This document shows positions 13,125 through 26,140 of a DNA stretch of 64,000 nucleotides, one piece after another; the first letter of the stretch is position 1, and the number at the start of each line of letters is the position of its first letter. Origin of the DNA: Squalus acanthias (lineage: Eukaryota); contig CM059425.1 of the NCBI GenBank assembly GCA_030390025.1, positions 162,690,001 to 162,754,000 of the forward strand, in the 5' to 3' direction. A program made the translations under genes and the position numbers. The notes beneath the pieces were generated by a model. It had not been told where the DNA came from. It searched no databases and saw only the letters and a list, made by a program, of their open reading frames with translations.

Positions 13125-13867
13125 ATAGCTTTTCTTCAACTCGAAGGGTTTTTGAGACAGTGACACAACAGAGTAAAGCAAGTGTCACAAAAACAAAGAC
13201 TAATAGAGAGCTCACATGAAATAACCTGATACCGTCCAGGTGGGACTACCTGAGCAACTAGCCCGGATGCTGACATTTACTTTGAAAACCTTGGGGGTCA
13301 GCATAAGTTCATGGAATTCAAGACTGGAACTGCACGGTCCTGAACACTGTATGAAAGATGTCCCTTCATGCAGAGGAGCAAACATATTATTGTAGCCCAA
13401 TTTATGCAGAATGCACAATGATCCATGTCTACGAGTGATATTCACAAAGGCACAAAAGCACTCTATTTTAAAGGACTGAGAATTTGAGTCAGACACTCAA
13501 TTTTAATCCAAATTGCACTCCCCAGAGTTCTAGAACCTGGTTCCTTGCACTAATAATATCAGGACGGCCAGCAGTCAAACAGATGAAATAAATCTAACAA
13601 GACTCTTCTATCATTGCATTGACTCTTTTTTTTAATTAATTACAATGAAATAACACGCATAGATTCAAAGAGGGCTGCCACAACACTCACTGATTCATGG
13701 TATTGAACGGCTTTGGATATATCCTAAGTTCCGCACTAGTTTTCTTTACTGCAATAAACAACTTTACATTTAATGAAATACTTCCACGAAAGCCAATACT
13801 ATCACAAGTAAAAGAAAATTATCTGTTTCATTTTCCCACATGCTGAAGAATAAAATGATAAACTTAC

Positions 13868-13979
13868 AGTCTCTCTTGGAGCACTTTCTCTGTGAATCAA
13901 GGTAACTGTCATTAACAAGCACCCTAGAATTTGAACAGGGCAGCTTGGGTCCTTCAGATTTAAAGTGACTTCAGTTGGT
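13868..13979 (-). CDS. MCTP1: MCTP1-like coding exon (end of C2A): (R)PTEVTLNLKDPSCPVQILGCLLMTVTLIHRESAPRET
   Basis: 112 nt; ccctag|A ... ACT|gtaagt; completes the split Arg codon of the previous exon; resembles MCTP1 PTDVTLTLKDP..LG. Confidence 0.88.
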
Positions 13980-14339
13980 CTAGGGGAAAAAAGGTTATAT
14001 ACATTATAATAAATAAAATTTTACAAAATGTCTACCAAAGGACTGATACTTTCTTAAATTCTCAATAAAAGACATTTGTTATTGATGATTCCTTGACATC
14101 ACTGCACACTTCTATTTACAATCTGTTAAAGTGGCACTTTACCAAGATTTTTAAAAATTGCCTATTTAAATTAGCGGGTAATGAATTGTGATACATTTTG
14201 AATTATTTGCCAAATAGTATTCTTTGTAGAAGGAGTATCTTGATGGTGACCTGTCACCAGGCTCAACATCCATTCCCTTTCCCTGGCCTATTCAGCCATT
14301 TTGGTTTGTGCTGAAGCAGTTTTAAAATTTTTGATCACC

Positions 14340-14607
14340 AGAAGGCTGCTCACCTTTAAGAGGTGCAGATTGCCTTTAAGAGGCGCAGGCCAGCTTTAAG
14401 TAAAGCTAGCCTTGCACGAATTTTGGCCTCCTGCTGAGCGCACAGCCTGTCAGCAGCGCATTCAGTGCTGGGCTGTGCATTGCTATCATTATAATTAGCA
14501 GGCAGCACGAATTTTACGTGCTGCCTGGACTTCTTTCAACGGGTGCGGGCCGCTCACACATCACGATCCCCATGCCCGTTTTAGGGCCTAATACAGTTTC
14601 ACCCCCT
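14340..14607 (-). mobile_element. Harbinger terminal fragment (Myb-gene side)
   Basis: Homologous to 18370-18578. Confidence 0.7.
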
Positions 14608-15138
14608 GCATCTTTTATAATGGTTATACAAGCAAAATATATAGTCTTAGGCCTACAGGATCTGTAGATATCAAATGAATATAAAGAATGCCACACTCTT
14701 ATTAGTGTTAAATTCGAGAATAGAGACTAAAGCCGCAAAATTCGGCTTCGTGGCGCCTGTTGTTTGGATGCTACGGGTGGCATTTTGCTTCCAAAATGGC
14801 GTCTGGGGTGCATGCACGCACTTCTAGTGTGGGCCACATCAGACGTCATCTTGGGTAGATCATTAGTGTGAGTGCAGGGAGCATGCGCCGGAAGTATGCC
14901 GAGTAGGCAGATCGTGACATCAATCAGTGTGCAATGCTGATTTGACACCAGCGCTGCCATTTTGGAGCTCAGCGCTCCAGCTAACGCCCTCTGTTAAGCT
15001 TGCACAGCTGAGCACTCATTCAGCAGCAGGAAGGACTCCCCCACCAGCACTATTTAAAGGGATCATCAGTGGTGTGGCAGGTCCTGAAGAACTTTGTTCT
15101 GACTTCAAGGATTCTGCACAGACCACTTGCTTCAAGAC

Positions 15139-16280
15139 ATGGGTGCACTAGTAGGCATTCCATTTGGCCTACAGCATGACAGGGAGACTGAGCAGAGGCG
15201 ACACAGAGCAGAACAAGCTGCAGGAAGAGGAAGGAGGGGGTGGGGAGAAGGGCTTTCAGCTAGCAGCCATATCTGCCCAGGGTGTTCAGGGAGCAATACC
15301 CCTACCTGAACCTCAGTGAGAAACAGTGTTTCAGACATCAGCGCTTCACCAAGGACATCCTCACTGAAATCTGCCACCTGCTGCAGCCACAACTGCAACC
15401 TCAGAGCAGGGCAAGGACCGCATTGCCAGTGGCTGTGAAGGTCATGGTGGCCATGATCTTTTATGCGTTGGGCTCCTTTCAGGCTGGAGCTGGAGATATT
15501 TGCAACATCTCCCAGTTTGCCATGCGCTGTTGCATAAGGGAGGTAACTGAGGCTCTGTATTCCAAGAGAGCTGAATTCCTTTCCTTCTCTCTGGCCAGGG
15601 AACAGCAGGCGGAGCCAGCACATGGCTTTGTGAGGATTTCAGGCTTCCCCATGGTGCAGGGTGTCACTGACTACATGCACGTCGCCTTGCGGGTGCGGCA
15701 TGTAAACTCTGAGATGTACTGCAACTGAAAGGGATTCCACTCCCTCAATGTCCAGCTGGTGTGCAACCATAGGCAGCGAATCATGCAGATCAATCCCTGG
15801 TATCCTGGCAGCAGTCATGATGCCTTCATTCTGCGGCAGTCCGCTGACCCATCTGCATTTGAGCCATCATGACAAACCAGAGAGTGGCTACTGGGTGACA
15901 AGGGCTATCCGTTAACAACATGGCTCATGATTCCGGTGCCTAACCCACACACACGTGGGCAGCATGCATATAACGAAAGCCATGCTGCCACACAAATGAT
16001 CATAGAGCAGACCATTGGCGTGCTGAAGCAACGCTTCCGCTGCCTGAACCGCTCTGGAGGAGCCCTGCAGTACTCGGCAGAGCGGGTGTAGAGATTTGTG
16101 TTGTCTGCTGGATGCTGCACAACCTCACCATCATGAGGGCACAGCCCTTGCAACCAGTCATACGGCGACCAGCTGAGGAGCAGGAGCATGAGGAGGAGGA
16201 AGAGGAGGGGAAGAGGCAACGTAGACAGCCCTTTCTAGCTGGGCTGTCCGAGACCGACTCATCCAACTGCGTTATCAATA
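15139..16280 (+). pseudogene. Harbinger (HARBI1-like) DDE transposase with frameshifts and stops
   Basis: Motifs [75 protein letters not shown], acidic tail; TGA at 15726. Confidence 0.92.
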
Positions 16281-16449
16281 AACGCAACCCCAATTCCACA
16301 TTCTCCAACAGTCCCACCCTTACCTTCTCTCTGTCACTGACCATCACAGCGTCCACTTGGCCACAATGCAAAAGTAAAAGCCAACACAAAATAAAAACTC
16401 CAAACCAAATTTAGGAATTAAATCATGCCAGATTGCATACAAACGTAAA

Positions 16450-18298
16450 CTAATTAATTCCCTTAGTGCCTGTCTTCGGTGTCCCTTTGCCTGCGCTGGT
16501 ACTCCTACCCCAGTGGCTCCAGCATGGCTGGTGGAAGGCTGCTGATTTTCAGTGGGGGAAACTGCAGGTGGCCTTTCAGGATGACCTCGAGCAGCTCTGG
16601 GCCTAGAAGGCCCGGCTTTGGACTGCAGGAACTCAGCATCAGCGGCAGTAGTCTGGGTTGGCTGGCTGACAGGCAACAGCAAGGGCTCTGGCAGAATGGC
16701 AGTGCTGGGAGGACAAATGCTGCCATCCTGAGAGGACAACAGGTTTGTGCTCCATGGAGCCACTGCCACTCCCCCGGGTGGCACCTCAGCACTCCGAGTG
16801 ATCTGTTGGAGGACAGATTGCTGGAGTGCTGTGACACCCTGAAAGTGCCTTTGAACATTGGTAAGCGCAGCCACGATGGCAGCAGTCTGAGCTCCACTGC
16901 AGCACCCAGACGCTTGGTGGCTTCTGCTTGTGCTGTAATGGAAGCTGAGACATTGGCCATCAGATGCTGCATCATGGTTGGGTCCACAAGTGTGCTAATG
17001 GAGTTGGCCATAACTTCCATCCTGGAAATCATGGGTTCCAAGCTCTGCGCAAAGCCCTGTGCAAAGTTGCTGCCAGACTCCTCCATGCTCCTTGACATTG
17101 GACGCAGGCTTTCTGGCAGGCTGCCCAATGCACCAAGCATTTCATTGTGCATACCCATAAGCCTTCTTCTGTAGCCTGCCCCATCGAAGTGCTCATCTGA
17201 GTCCTCTGTAGAAGACCTTCCGTGCGACATCGCCCAATCTGGGGAGCTAGCACCTGTGCTACTCTTACCCTGTGTCCTGGCTGCAGGCCACTCGTGCCCA
17301 GTGACTCACCACGTGCAGATCCTGCATCTAAGCTATCCTCTAAAGTATGCGTAGTGTCAATATCTGAGCTGGTGGCTGCCAGTGTGAAATCAAGTGACGG
17401 TGCTGTGTCTTCATCATTACTGTCTTCTTCCTCCTCCAGTTCTTGCTCCTCCACCACTGCCTGGCCAGGTTGCGGTTCTTGGGTATCTGAAAGGAGAAAG
17501 ACACAAGGGTAGTGTTGGTGAGGGGAGGGGAGAAAGCAAGAGCTGCATGCTGACGCCATCTGCAGCTTGTAAATCAGAAGAGATTGTGGGATGAGGGGGG
17601 AAGTGGGATGTGAGGAGGATTAGGTATGAGGATACCGTCATCTTTGATTGTTCCAGCCCCGCCGCTGGCCACGGGCTCAGCGATGGCCGCTCCAATGATG
17701 GCGACCACCATCTCCTCCATTGGGGTAAGGTCATGCAGCCATGCCTGTCCCCCGCCAGTTAACTCCTGCTGCCGTCGGATATGGGCCAACTTGTCCTGCA
17801 AGAGAGAGGGAAGTGCATCAGTGAGTGTGGTGCAATGTGTTTGGGTGATGTGCCTGTCATGGATGAATAGCTGCCAGTGTGTGCAAGCTGTGAGATGTGG
17901 GTGTGAGGCTTGCAGCAGTGCTCATTGTGTGAGGGTGAGGTGAAGCTATGAATGTGACTTATGAGTCCTGTTTGATAAAGATTGTTGGTAAGTGAGTGAT
18001 GAGGGTGTGGTGCATTGAGCAGTGTGTGAGGCTAGTGATGCAGTCGGTGGGATATGGCATTTGAAGATGAATTCACTGACCTTGACCACTCATGTGAGGT
18101 CATTGAACTTTTTGCAGCACTGCATCCAGCTACTCGTGCTTGACTTCTGGCATTGATCTCCACAGCTACCTGTTCCCACTGCCTTCGCAGAGTTTGTCTG
18201 GAGGCCTTTCTGGTCCCCTGTGGATAGAGGACCTCTCTTCTCCTGTCCACCTCCTCCACCAAAGAACTTCAGAGCATGCTCTCTCCCCATTGCACCAT
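16450..18298 (-). pseudogene. Harbinger Myb/SANT-like DNA-binding gene; exons 18081-18298, 17636-17795 and about 16450-17486
   Basis: Exon 1 LVEEVDRRREVL..QWEQVAVEINA..WMQCCKKFNDL; exon 2 DKLAHIRRQQELTGGG..LTPMEE; GT-AG introns with consistent phase (G|AT = Asp); 3' end approximate. Confidence 0.88.
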
Positions 18299-19244
18299 TG
18301 TTCTTGCAGGTCAGACTATTTTCCCCAGCCACTTCCAGCACCTGCTCCAGCCAGAATGCACCCCCCCCCCCTTTAAGAGGTGCAGGCTGCCTTTATGTAG
18401 TGCAGGCTAGCTTTAAGTGGTGCTAGCCGCGCACGAACTTGGGCCCCTGCTGAGGCGTTCAGCCACTCAACAGTGCGTGTTGTGCTGCCTCAACGCTGCA
18501 ATCATTTAAATTAGCAGGCAGAGCAAAGTTTGCATCACGATCCCCGTGCCTGTTTCGGGGCTATCGAATTTAGTCCCCTAAAAGTCTAAAGTGGATTTAA
18601 TTTTGATATTGTGGGTTTCATCGCAAAGACTAAAAGTTGACTCAAATTGAGACCATTACAGCAGCTGTGGCGCTGCTCTCTTTAAAAAAAAAAAGCAGCA
18701 ATATAGTTAGTTGTCTCTGGTCCTCCAGGTGGTTTGAGGAGGAGGTACATTTATATGTTCTCTGCCACTCCAATGATCTCATGTGCTTCAGTGTTCTCTG
18801 GAGGTCTGCTTTGGGGAGGGAGAAACAACCATTGGCGGTCACCTGTGAAGCGCCTCTGGATGTTTTACTACGTTAAAGGCGTTCTATAAATTCAAGTTGT
18901 TGTTGTTGTCTTCCAGGGAATGTTCCCCATTGTTCTGGTGGAAAAATGTATCTGATTTCCAAGGGAAAATATTCTAAGATTTCAGGGAATGAAACTAATA
19001 GATCAGCTGGCACACCAACCTGGATTATATTGATTTGGTTTCAACTTCCCAAATAATCCAAACTTTCTGCTTCTGATTCCAAGATTCCCCAAAATCAAAT
19101 ATTCAACCTTAGCAGAGAATGATCTGCTTGAATGAACTATATCCATTTCAGTTTTTCCCCCATACAGAATGCTGATTACACACTTGAACAGATTACTACA
19201 TAAGTAAAATGATGATGGTATAAATTAACTTTAATATCTGTTAC

Positions 19245-19324
19245 CTCTTTAATTCCAACTGAGTTAGATCCAGATAGGTTGAACCCATGAAGTCATCTTG
19301 TAACCAAAAGTCATAATCAAACAC
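19245..19324 (-). CDS. MCTP1: MCTP1-like coding exon (C2A Ca2+-binding loop 3): VFDYDFWLQDDFMGSTYLDLTQLELK(R)
   Basis: 80 nt; ctctag|GTG ... AG|gtaac; phase continues from the 33406 exon; DYD..DDFMG motif. Confidence 0.93.
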
Positions 19325-19396
19325 CTAGAGGAAAGAACCCAAAGTTAAAATCTACTGTAAAAATTAACAATTTAGCTATAAGAAATAAAACACTAC

Positions 19397-20143
19397 GGCC
19401 TGGGGTTTCCGCTCGATTGCACTGGTTTTTTCGGTGCAATTCACCCAATATCAGCGTAACTGCCGCAAAAGATCGCGTAATTTTAAACGCAATTTGTGTT
19501 CAGTGCAACTCGAGTTTCCGCAATCCTTTGCGCTAGTTTTAAGATCATCGTGCTCGAATCAGGCCCCACCCACAAAATTGGCCACGCCCCCAGGGTGAAT
19601 TAACCACCATTGGGAGTTTCTTCTAATGGCGCTCATTTGCAGGCCTTTGAGGAGGTTCCAAAAATTAAGTTGGATCTTTTGGTCGCAAGGACACTGATAG
19701 GTACGTTTTGAATGATTTCTTTTGTAATTTACTATGGAACTGACTACTGTACCCCAATCTAACTAGAAAATAGTTTGGTGTATTTTTTAAAAGTCACTTT
19801 CAATAATTTAAAATCGGGTTACTCACAGGTGGTGGATTTACACTGATTTAAAATGCTTATTTTTTGTGATGAACCCATTTTCAGCTGTATTAATCAAACT
19901 TTAACAAGTTACCACGCTTAAATATATCAAGGAATATTTTTGAAAGCAAAAGTTATTTTTTTTAAATTACGTTTTAAAACACTGTCCGATTGCGCTGGTT
20001 CATGGCAGATTTTGCGTTCAGTAATATGCGAATGAGTTTGAGCGGAAACTCGGGGGAAAAAAACACTTTTCAAAACGGGCGGAATTTTGGGAGGAATTTG
20101 CGCCGGAATCGCCGATTACGCCCAAAGTGGAAACTCCATCCCC
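19397..20143. mobile_element. Harbinger-type MITE
   Basis: TIRs ggcctggggtttcc / ggaaactccatcccc; TSD TAC; CpG-rich ends and AT-rich core. Confidence 0.75.
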
Positions 20144-20994
20144 TACTTAAATATACCATTCATCAAAGCTTCTTGCCTTTATAAAAAAAATCTTATTTTC
20201 AGGTTTTGTGTAATATTTTACAAAAAAAATACAAATGTGAAGAAAGCATATTCATATTTTACAGCAACATCTGTCACAGTGACGAAACATATAACATGAA
20301 ATAATGTCTATAGGACAGAAGTGAGACACGAAGAAGGAAAGAACCATGATACTGCCTATAAATCAAATCAAACAGATCAGCCACATATGAGTGAGGACAT
20401 TTCCAGGTAGAGGAACTAATCTCCTAATTTTGAGGTATCAACTCAAACCCGGCCACACCATATCCAATACCTACAATTCCATAAATTTGGGATTTTTTTC
20501 CTGCCCCAGCTGGAGAGAATCCTGTATGCAGATTCTGGGTATAAATGCTTTGGACAATAGGCCAGCCCGAGAGGCTCTTGAGCTGTCCCATTGTCCAAAC
20601 CATTTGTAAACAGAACCTGCATACTGGAAGCTTCATCACTGTGCAGGGTGCAGAAGCAAGTCCAATATTCTGCTCAGAGGAGAGTCATTCTTTTTATTCA
20701 GATGACTCTCATCTGGAAACCCTCAGAGAAACTAGGGCTCGGATACTGCTTGGTAGCATTCCCCATATCCCAAGAGCAAATAAAAGTATATATAAACTTG
20801 GAAAACCCAAGAGTTTTAGAATGAAAGTTGGTAAATGTAATGTATTATTGTTTTATGACCTCGTGCACCATGGAAGCAACAAGAGGCAGTGCTCATCTTG
20901 ACCTGGTATTTATAAAGATCCAGAGAATGTATAGAAAATGAAAGTCATAGTAGCCCTATGAGACATCAACCACTGTATGATAAAGTTTAACATG

Positions 20995-23582
20995 AGCTCC
21001 TTAGGTACTGTCTCCCTCCCTTTCAAATCTGCCGTCATCACCCCCGTCCTCAAAAAAAACACCCTTGATGCCTCTGTCTTTGAAAACTACTACCCCCATC
21101 TCCAACCTCCTTTTCCTTTTCAAGGTCTTTGAACGTGTTGTCACCTCCCAAATCCGTGCCCATCTTTCCCGCAACTCCATGGTTTGAACCTCACCAATCA
21201 AGTTTCTGCCCCGCCACAGAACTGAAATGGCCCTAATTAAAATCACAAATGGCATCCTATGTGACTGTGACTGTGGTACACTATCCCTCCTCATCCTTTT
21301 CAACCTGTCTGCAGCCTTTGACACCATCGACCACACCGTCCTACCCAACGCCTCTCCTCTGTAGAGATTCGCGTATCTCTGGTAAACAGGATCGAGTGCA
21401 AACCAATATGGTTGGTATATTGTGTTTAATCGGAGTTTAGGACGGAATATAACACACTAGTTATACAGCAAAAACATACAAATGTGACAAGTAGCTGCTA
21501 CCAGACCCGATCGGACAGACGGCTGGCATGCACGAACAACTCTTCAAATTCACTCTGCTTCTTGTCTCACGTGTCTCTCTCTCTCTTTCTCTGAACTACC
21601 CAAGAGTGTTAGACTAGGGTCCGCATGTGTCCACTCTCTGAAGAGTGTTAGACCACCAACTCACTCTTGGGAGCCCTCTGCTCCCCTGTCTGAGCTAAGA
21701 GTTCTTTAGCTCTTCCTTTTATTCTCTTTTTAGGGGTGGGCCTGAGGTAGGATATGGACAGGACTATTTAACCTATAGAGGTTCCCCTTAAAACAAGGTG
21801 CCCAATGGCATGTCGAGTTCTTTGTCTAAACTATGGAAAAAGAGTCAACCCTCCTGTTATCTCGCACCTGTCAGGGATCTTCTCACAACCATTACACATG
21901 CTTTCTGTACTTGACCAATCATAGCCTTACAGCATCTTGAGGACTGTCTTCCCTTATCTCATCCGGCCCTTTCCTTCCAAAACAATAGTCTCTTATCTTA
22001 TCCTGTCTTGTCCCCTCTGGTGCAGCCAGTGCGTGTACCAGGCACAGCTTTGGGCCATTCAATCAGAGGCCCAAGCCAGAGCTGTCTTACTCAATCAGCC
22101 ACTATCCAAACTATCTCCCTTTAATCTAACAGACTATTCTATCCTGAGATGGTACCTTAACTCCCATAATTTCCTTCTATTCTATGTCCTTTATACAAAT
22201 TAACTTTTAATTATCTTCGCAAGCAGTTCTGTTATACGAACTCCAATTCCTACCTTAGCATTATAATATGGTTATTAGTAATAATGGAAGAAACATAGGT
22301 TGGGCCTTCATTGGCCAAATTAAAGACTAAGTCAAAATCCAAAACTCACAAAAAACATACAGCTAAGCCTTGAGGCAAGGTTATGCTATGGGCCCCTATG
22401 TGGGATGTTATGCATGCTCTAATCTAACTAATTAAAAAGATTGTCTCAAATTCTAATGCAAGTTTTCTAGGAAAACAAAACTTACATAGTTTCAGTAAAA
22501 CACAACTTATACATTAACCCCTTACTTGTCTTGAGCACTAATACAATCATTTAAACACAGTACTATTCGCGTTACAGTTTCTTCTGCATAACCATATACA
22601 TTTTTAGGTATCCCTAATTTCTAACACCTCTAATGTGCATCTGAGTGGGACTGCCCTCGCTTGGTTCCACTGTTACCTATCCAGTCTTAGCCAGAGAATC
22701 TCCTGCAAAGGCTTCTCTTCTCCCCGTACTGTTATCTCTGGAGTCCCCCAACTATCCTTGGCCCCCTTCTATTTCTCATCTATATGCTGCCCTTGGCTAC
22801 ATCACCAAAGACATGACATCAGGTTCCAGGTTTACGCTGACAACAGCCAGCTCTATCTCACCCCCACCTCTCTTGACTCCTCCACGGCCTCTGTGTTGGC
22901 AGATCGCTTGTTCGACACCCAGCCCTGGATGCGCAGAAATTTCCTCCATTAAACATTGGGAAGACTGTAGCCAGTCTTCGGCACCTGCCACAAACTCTGA
23001 TCCCTTGCCACCGATTTAGTTCCCCGAACAGAGCATTGTCTCAGACTGAACCTGACTGTTCATAACCTTGGCATCCTACTTGACCCCGAGCTGAGCTTCT
23101 GACTCCCATATCCTCTCCACCACCAAGACCGCCTACTTCCACCCTAACATTGCCTATCTCTGCACCTGCTTATCTGCTGCTGAAACCCTCATCTATGCTT
23201 TTGTTACCTTCACAATCGATTATTCCAATGCTCTCCTGGCCGGCCTCCCATTGTCCACCCTCCATAAATTTGAGCTCATCCAAAACTCTGCTGCCTGAAT
23301 CCTAACTCACACCAAGTCCCATTCACCCATCACTCCAGTGATCTCTGACCTTTATTGGCTCCTGGTGCACCAACACCTTGATTTTAAAAATCTCATCCTT
23401 GTGTTCCAATCCCTCCAAAGCTTCGCCGATCCCAATCTTTGTAATCTTCTCCAGCCCTACAACTCTCCAAGAACTCTGCTTTCCTCCAACTCTGGCCTCT
23501 TGTACATCCCCCACTCCCTTCGCCCCACCATCAGCCATCTAGGCATTCAGCTCTGAAATTCCCTCCCTAAACCTCTCCGCCT
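20995..23582 (+). mobile_element. L2 LINE ORF2 fragment, split by a solo LTR
   Basis: Degenerate RT motifs LSAAFDTIDH, SGVPQ..L.P, YADNSQLY and an L2 3' end; homologous to 24733-26137. Confidence 0.85.
21360..22626 (-). mobile_element. Solo LTR (ERV- or Gypsy-type), 1267 bp
   Basis: TGTAGAGAT...ATTTCTAACA termini; 4-bp TSD CCTC; AATAAA on minus strand at 21718-21723; L2 continues across it. Confidence 0.85.
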
Positions 23583-23720
23583 AAGACTAATGGGTCCGGA
23601 GTTGCCTGCGTCTGCTTTGATCAACATTTTGAAAATGGGCCCCACATTAGCCTATCTGCAATCTACTGGCACCTCCCCAGCGTCCAGTGACTCTTTACTA
23701 ATGATTGGCAATGATTGCCT
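23582..23720 (-). mobile_element. CR1 RT fragment
   Basis: Minus frame KESLDAGEVPVDCR*ANVGPIFK..GNSGPISL, similar to the CR1 W..ANV.PIFKKG..GNYRPISL motif. Confidence 0.6.
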
Positions 23721-24732
23721 CACTAATCCCTTCTGCCATGGGGACCGTGTTGGCAGGATCCCTAATTAAATATTTTGTTCCAAGTTACTGATGAGGAACT
23801 CTTTGTACTGAGAATACACCTCCCACAGCTCCCCATTTGTAATTAATTAAAATTAAAATCTTTATTTTATTTAGAAGTACACCACACAGAGTTGGTCCAC
23901 AGGCTCTTAATAGCGTACAAAAGCTTGAATCAAGCCTATAAACGAAGCTGACAGTTACTCACCAGCCGTAGTTGAGGGTGTAACTGATTTGGAATTCTCA
24001 GGGAGCTCCCGCTGCCCAACTGTCAGAGATTTAAATTAACGTGGATTCTAGAGCTTATGACACCTCAATCAGAACACGCTTGGCTGGCCTAATTGATGAT
24101 TGGCCAGTTCTCTGTCCATCATTGTGTCTTCAGCCAATGCCAGTGTGGTTAGTCTCTCATTGGCTGTATAAAAGATGCTGCTTAACCAGGAATTAACTGG
24201 TCTATGTTGGACATCCTGGAGAGATATGTATGTTGGACATCTTGGGGAGTTAATGGTTAACAGTCAAACTTCTTTGTGTCTTAAAGCAATAGGCTTTCCA
24301 GGCTTTCCAATATATAAATAGGATGACTTTGATGTGTTGTGAGGAGAAAGCAAGGCTTGTCTTCTGATATGTAAAGTGCTTGTGTAAGGAAATAAGTGTT
24401 AGTAATAAAATGTAACTCTAGGATAATAAAAGATAATACATCAGGAAGTCTTGTTTAAGGAAAGCAGTTCTGAAGTAAACAACTGCAAACTGTTTATGTG
24501 AATAGTCTGTTTTCAAAGGATTTGGGAATAAATACGTCAAACAGTCTTATCTATGACATTTTCCTTTGATGTAGTCAAAATATGGTGTATAAAGGATCAT
24601 GATTTTCAACAGTATCTCAGAGGGCTTGAAAAATAGAACATTTAACCGAAAAGACACTCTCTGTATACAGTTAAGACCGATCACCTTTACTGTGTATCAA
24701 TAAAGTCTGTTCCATGAACTCCACTATGAAGT

Positions 24733-26137
24733 TTCAGAGTTTAGGGCCTTGGCAGCTGAAGGCAAAGCTACCAATGGTAGAGCGATTAAAACTGGGGATG
24801 CTCAAGAGGTCAGAATTAGTGGAGCGCAGATATCTTGGAGAGTTGTAGGACTGGAGGAGATTACAGAGATAAGGAGGGGTGAGGCCATGGAGGGTTTTGT
24901 AAAAAAGGATGAGAATTTTAAAATTGCGACGTTGCTTAACTGGGAGCCAATGTAGGTCAGCGAGCACAGGGGTGATGGGTGAACAGGACTTGGTGCGAGT
25001 TAGGACACGGGCAGCAGAGTTTTGGATGACCTCAGGTTTACGGAGGGTAGAACGTGGGAGGTCGGGCAGGGGCGCGCTGGAACAGACAAGTCTAGAAGTA
25101 ACAAAGGCATGGATGAGGGTTTCAGCAGCAGATGAGCTGAGGAAGGGGCGGAATCGGGCGATGTTATGGAGGTGGAAATAGGCGGTCTCAGTGATGGCGC
25201 GGATATGTGGTCAGAAGCTCATCTCGGGGTCAAATAATCACAACTAAGGTTGTGAACAGTCTGGTTCAGCCTCAGACAGTTATTAGGGAGAGGGATGGAG
25301 TTGGTAGCTAGGGAACGGAGTTTGTGGTCGGGACCGAAGACAATGGCTTTAGTCTTCCCAATATTTAGTTGGATGAAATTTCTGCTCATCCAGTACTGGA
25401 TGTCGAACAAGCAGTCTGACAATTTAGAGACAGTTTTTGAGGTCGAGAGAGATGGTGGTGAGGTAGAGCTGGGTGTCATCAGCGTACATGTGGAAACTGA
25501 CGCTGTGTTTTCGGATGATGTCGCCGAGGGGCAGCATGTGGATGAGAAATAGGAGGGGGCCAAGGATAGATCCTTGGGAGACACCAGAGGTAACGGTGCG
25601 GGAGCAGGAAGAGAAGCCGTTGCAGGTGATTCTCTGGCTATGATTAGATAGATAAAAATGGAACCAGGCGAGTGCAGTCCCACCCAGCTGGAAATCGGTG
25701 GAGAGACATTGGAGGAGGATGGTGTGGTCAACCGTGTCAAAGGCTGCAGACAAGTCGAGAAGGATGAGGAGGGATAGTTTACCTTTGTCAGTCACATAGG
25801 ATGTCATTTGTGACTTTGATAAGAGTTGTTTCGGTCCTGTGGCAAGGGCGGAAACCTGATTGGAGGGAATCAAACATGGAGTTCCGGGAGGCGACAACAC
25901 ATTGAAGGACTTTGGAGAGGAAAGGGAGGTTGGAGATAGGGTGGTGTTTGCAAGGGCGGAGGGGTCAAAGGTTGTTTTTTGAGGAGAGGGGTGATGACGG
26001 CAGATTTTGAAGGCGAGGTGGACAGTACCTGAGGAGAGAGAACTGTTAACAATATCAGCTAACATGGGAGCCAGGAAGGGAAGTTGGATGGTCAGCAGTT
26101 CAGTGGGAATATGGTCGATGGTGCAGGAAGTGTAGAT
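24733..26137 (-). mobile_element. L2 LINE ORF2 fragment
   Basis: ORF LLDLSAAFDTVDH..SGVSQGSILGPLLF..YADDTQLY; LHWLPV..FKIL C-terminus. Confidence 0.92.
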
Positions 26138-26140
26138 CAA

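Larger units (their letters stand above)
14731..18578 (+). mobile_element. Near full-length PIF/Harbinger DNA transposon (3848 bp) with convergent transposase and Myb-like genes
   Basis: TIRs agccgcaaaattcg / cgaatttagtcccc; TAA TSD at 14728-14730 and 18579-18581; two internal genes. Confidence 0.95.

Noticed and set aside
15139..16280. Domesticated HARBI1 or NAIF1 host genes
   Set aside because: Stops and frameshifts, flanking TIRs and TSD, and multiple related copies indicate a transposon.
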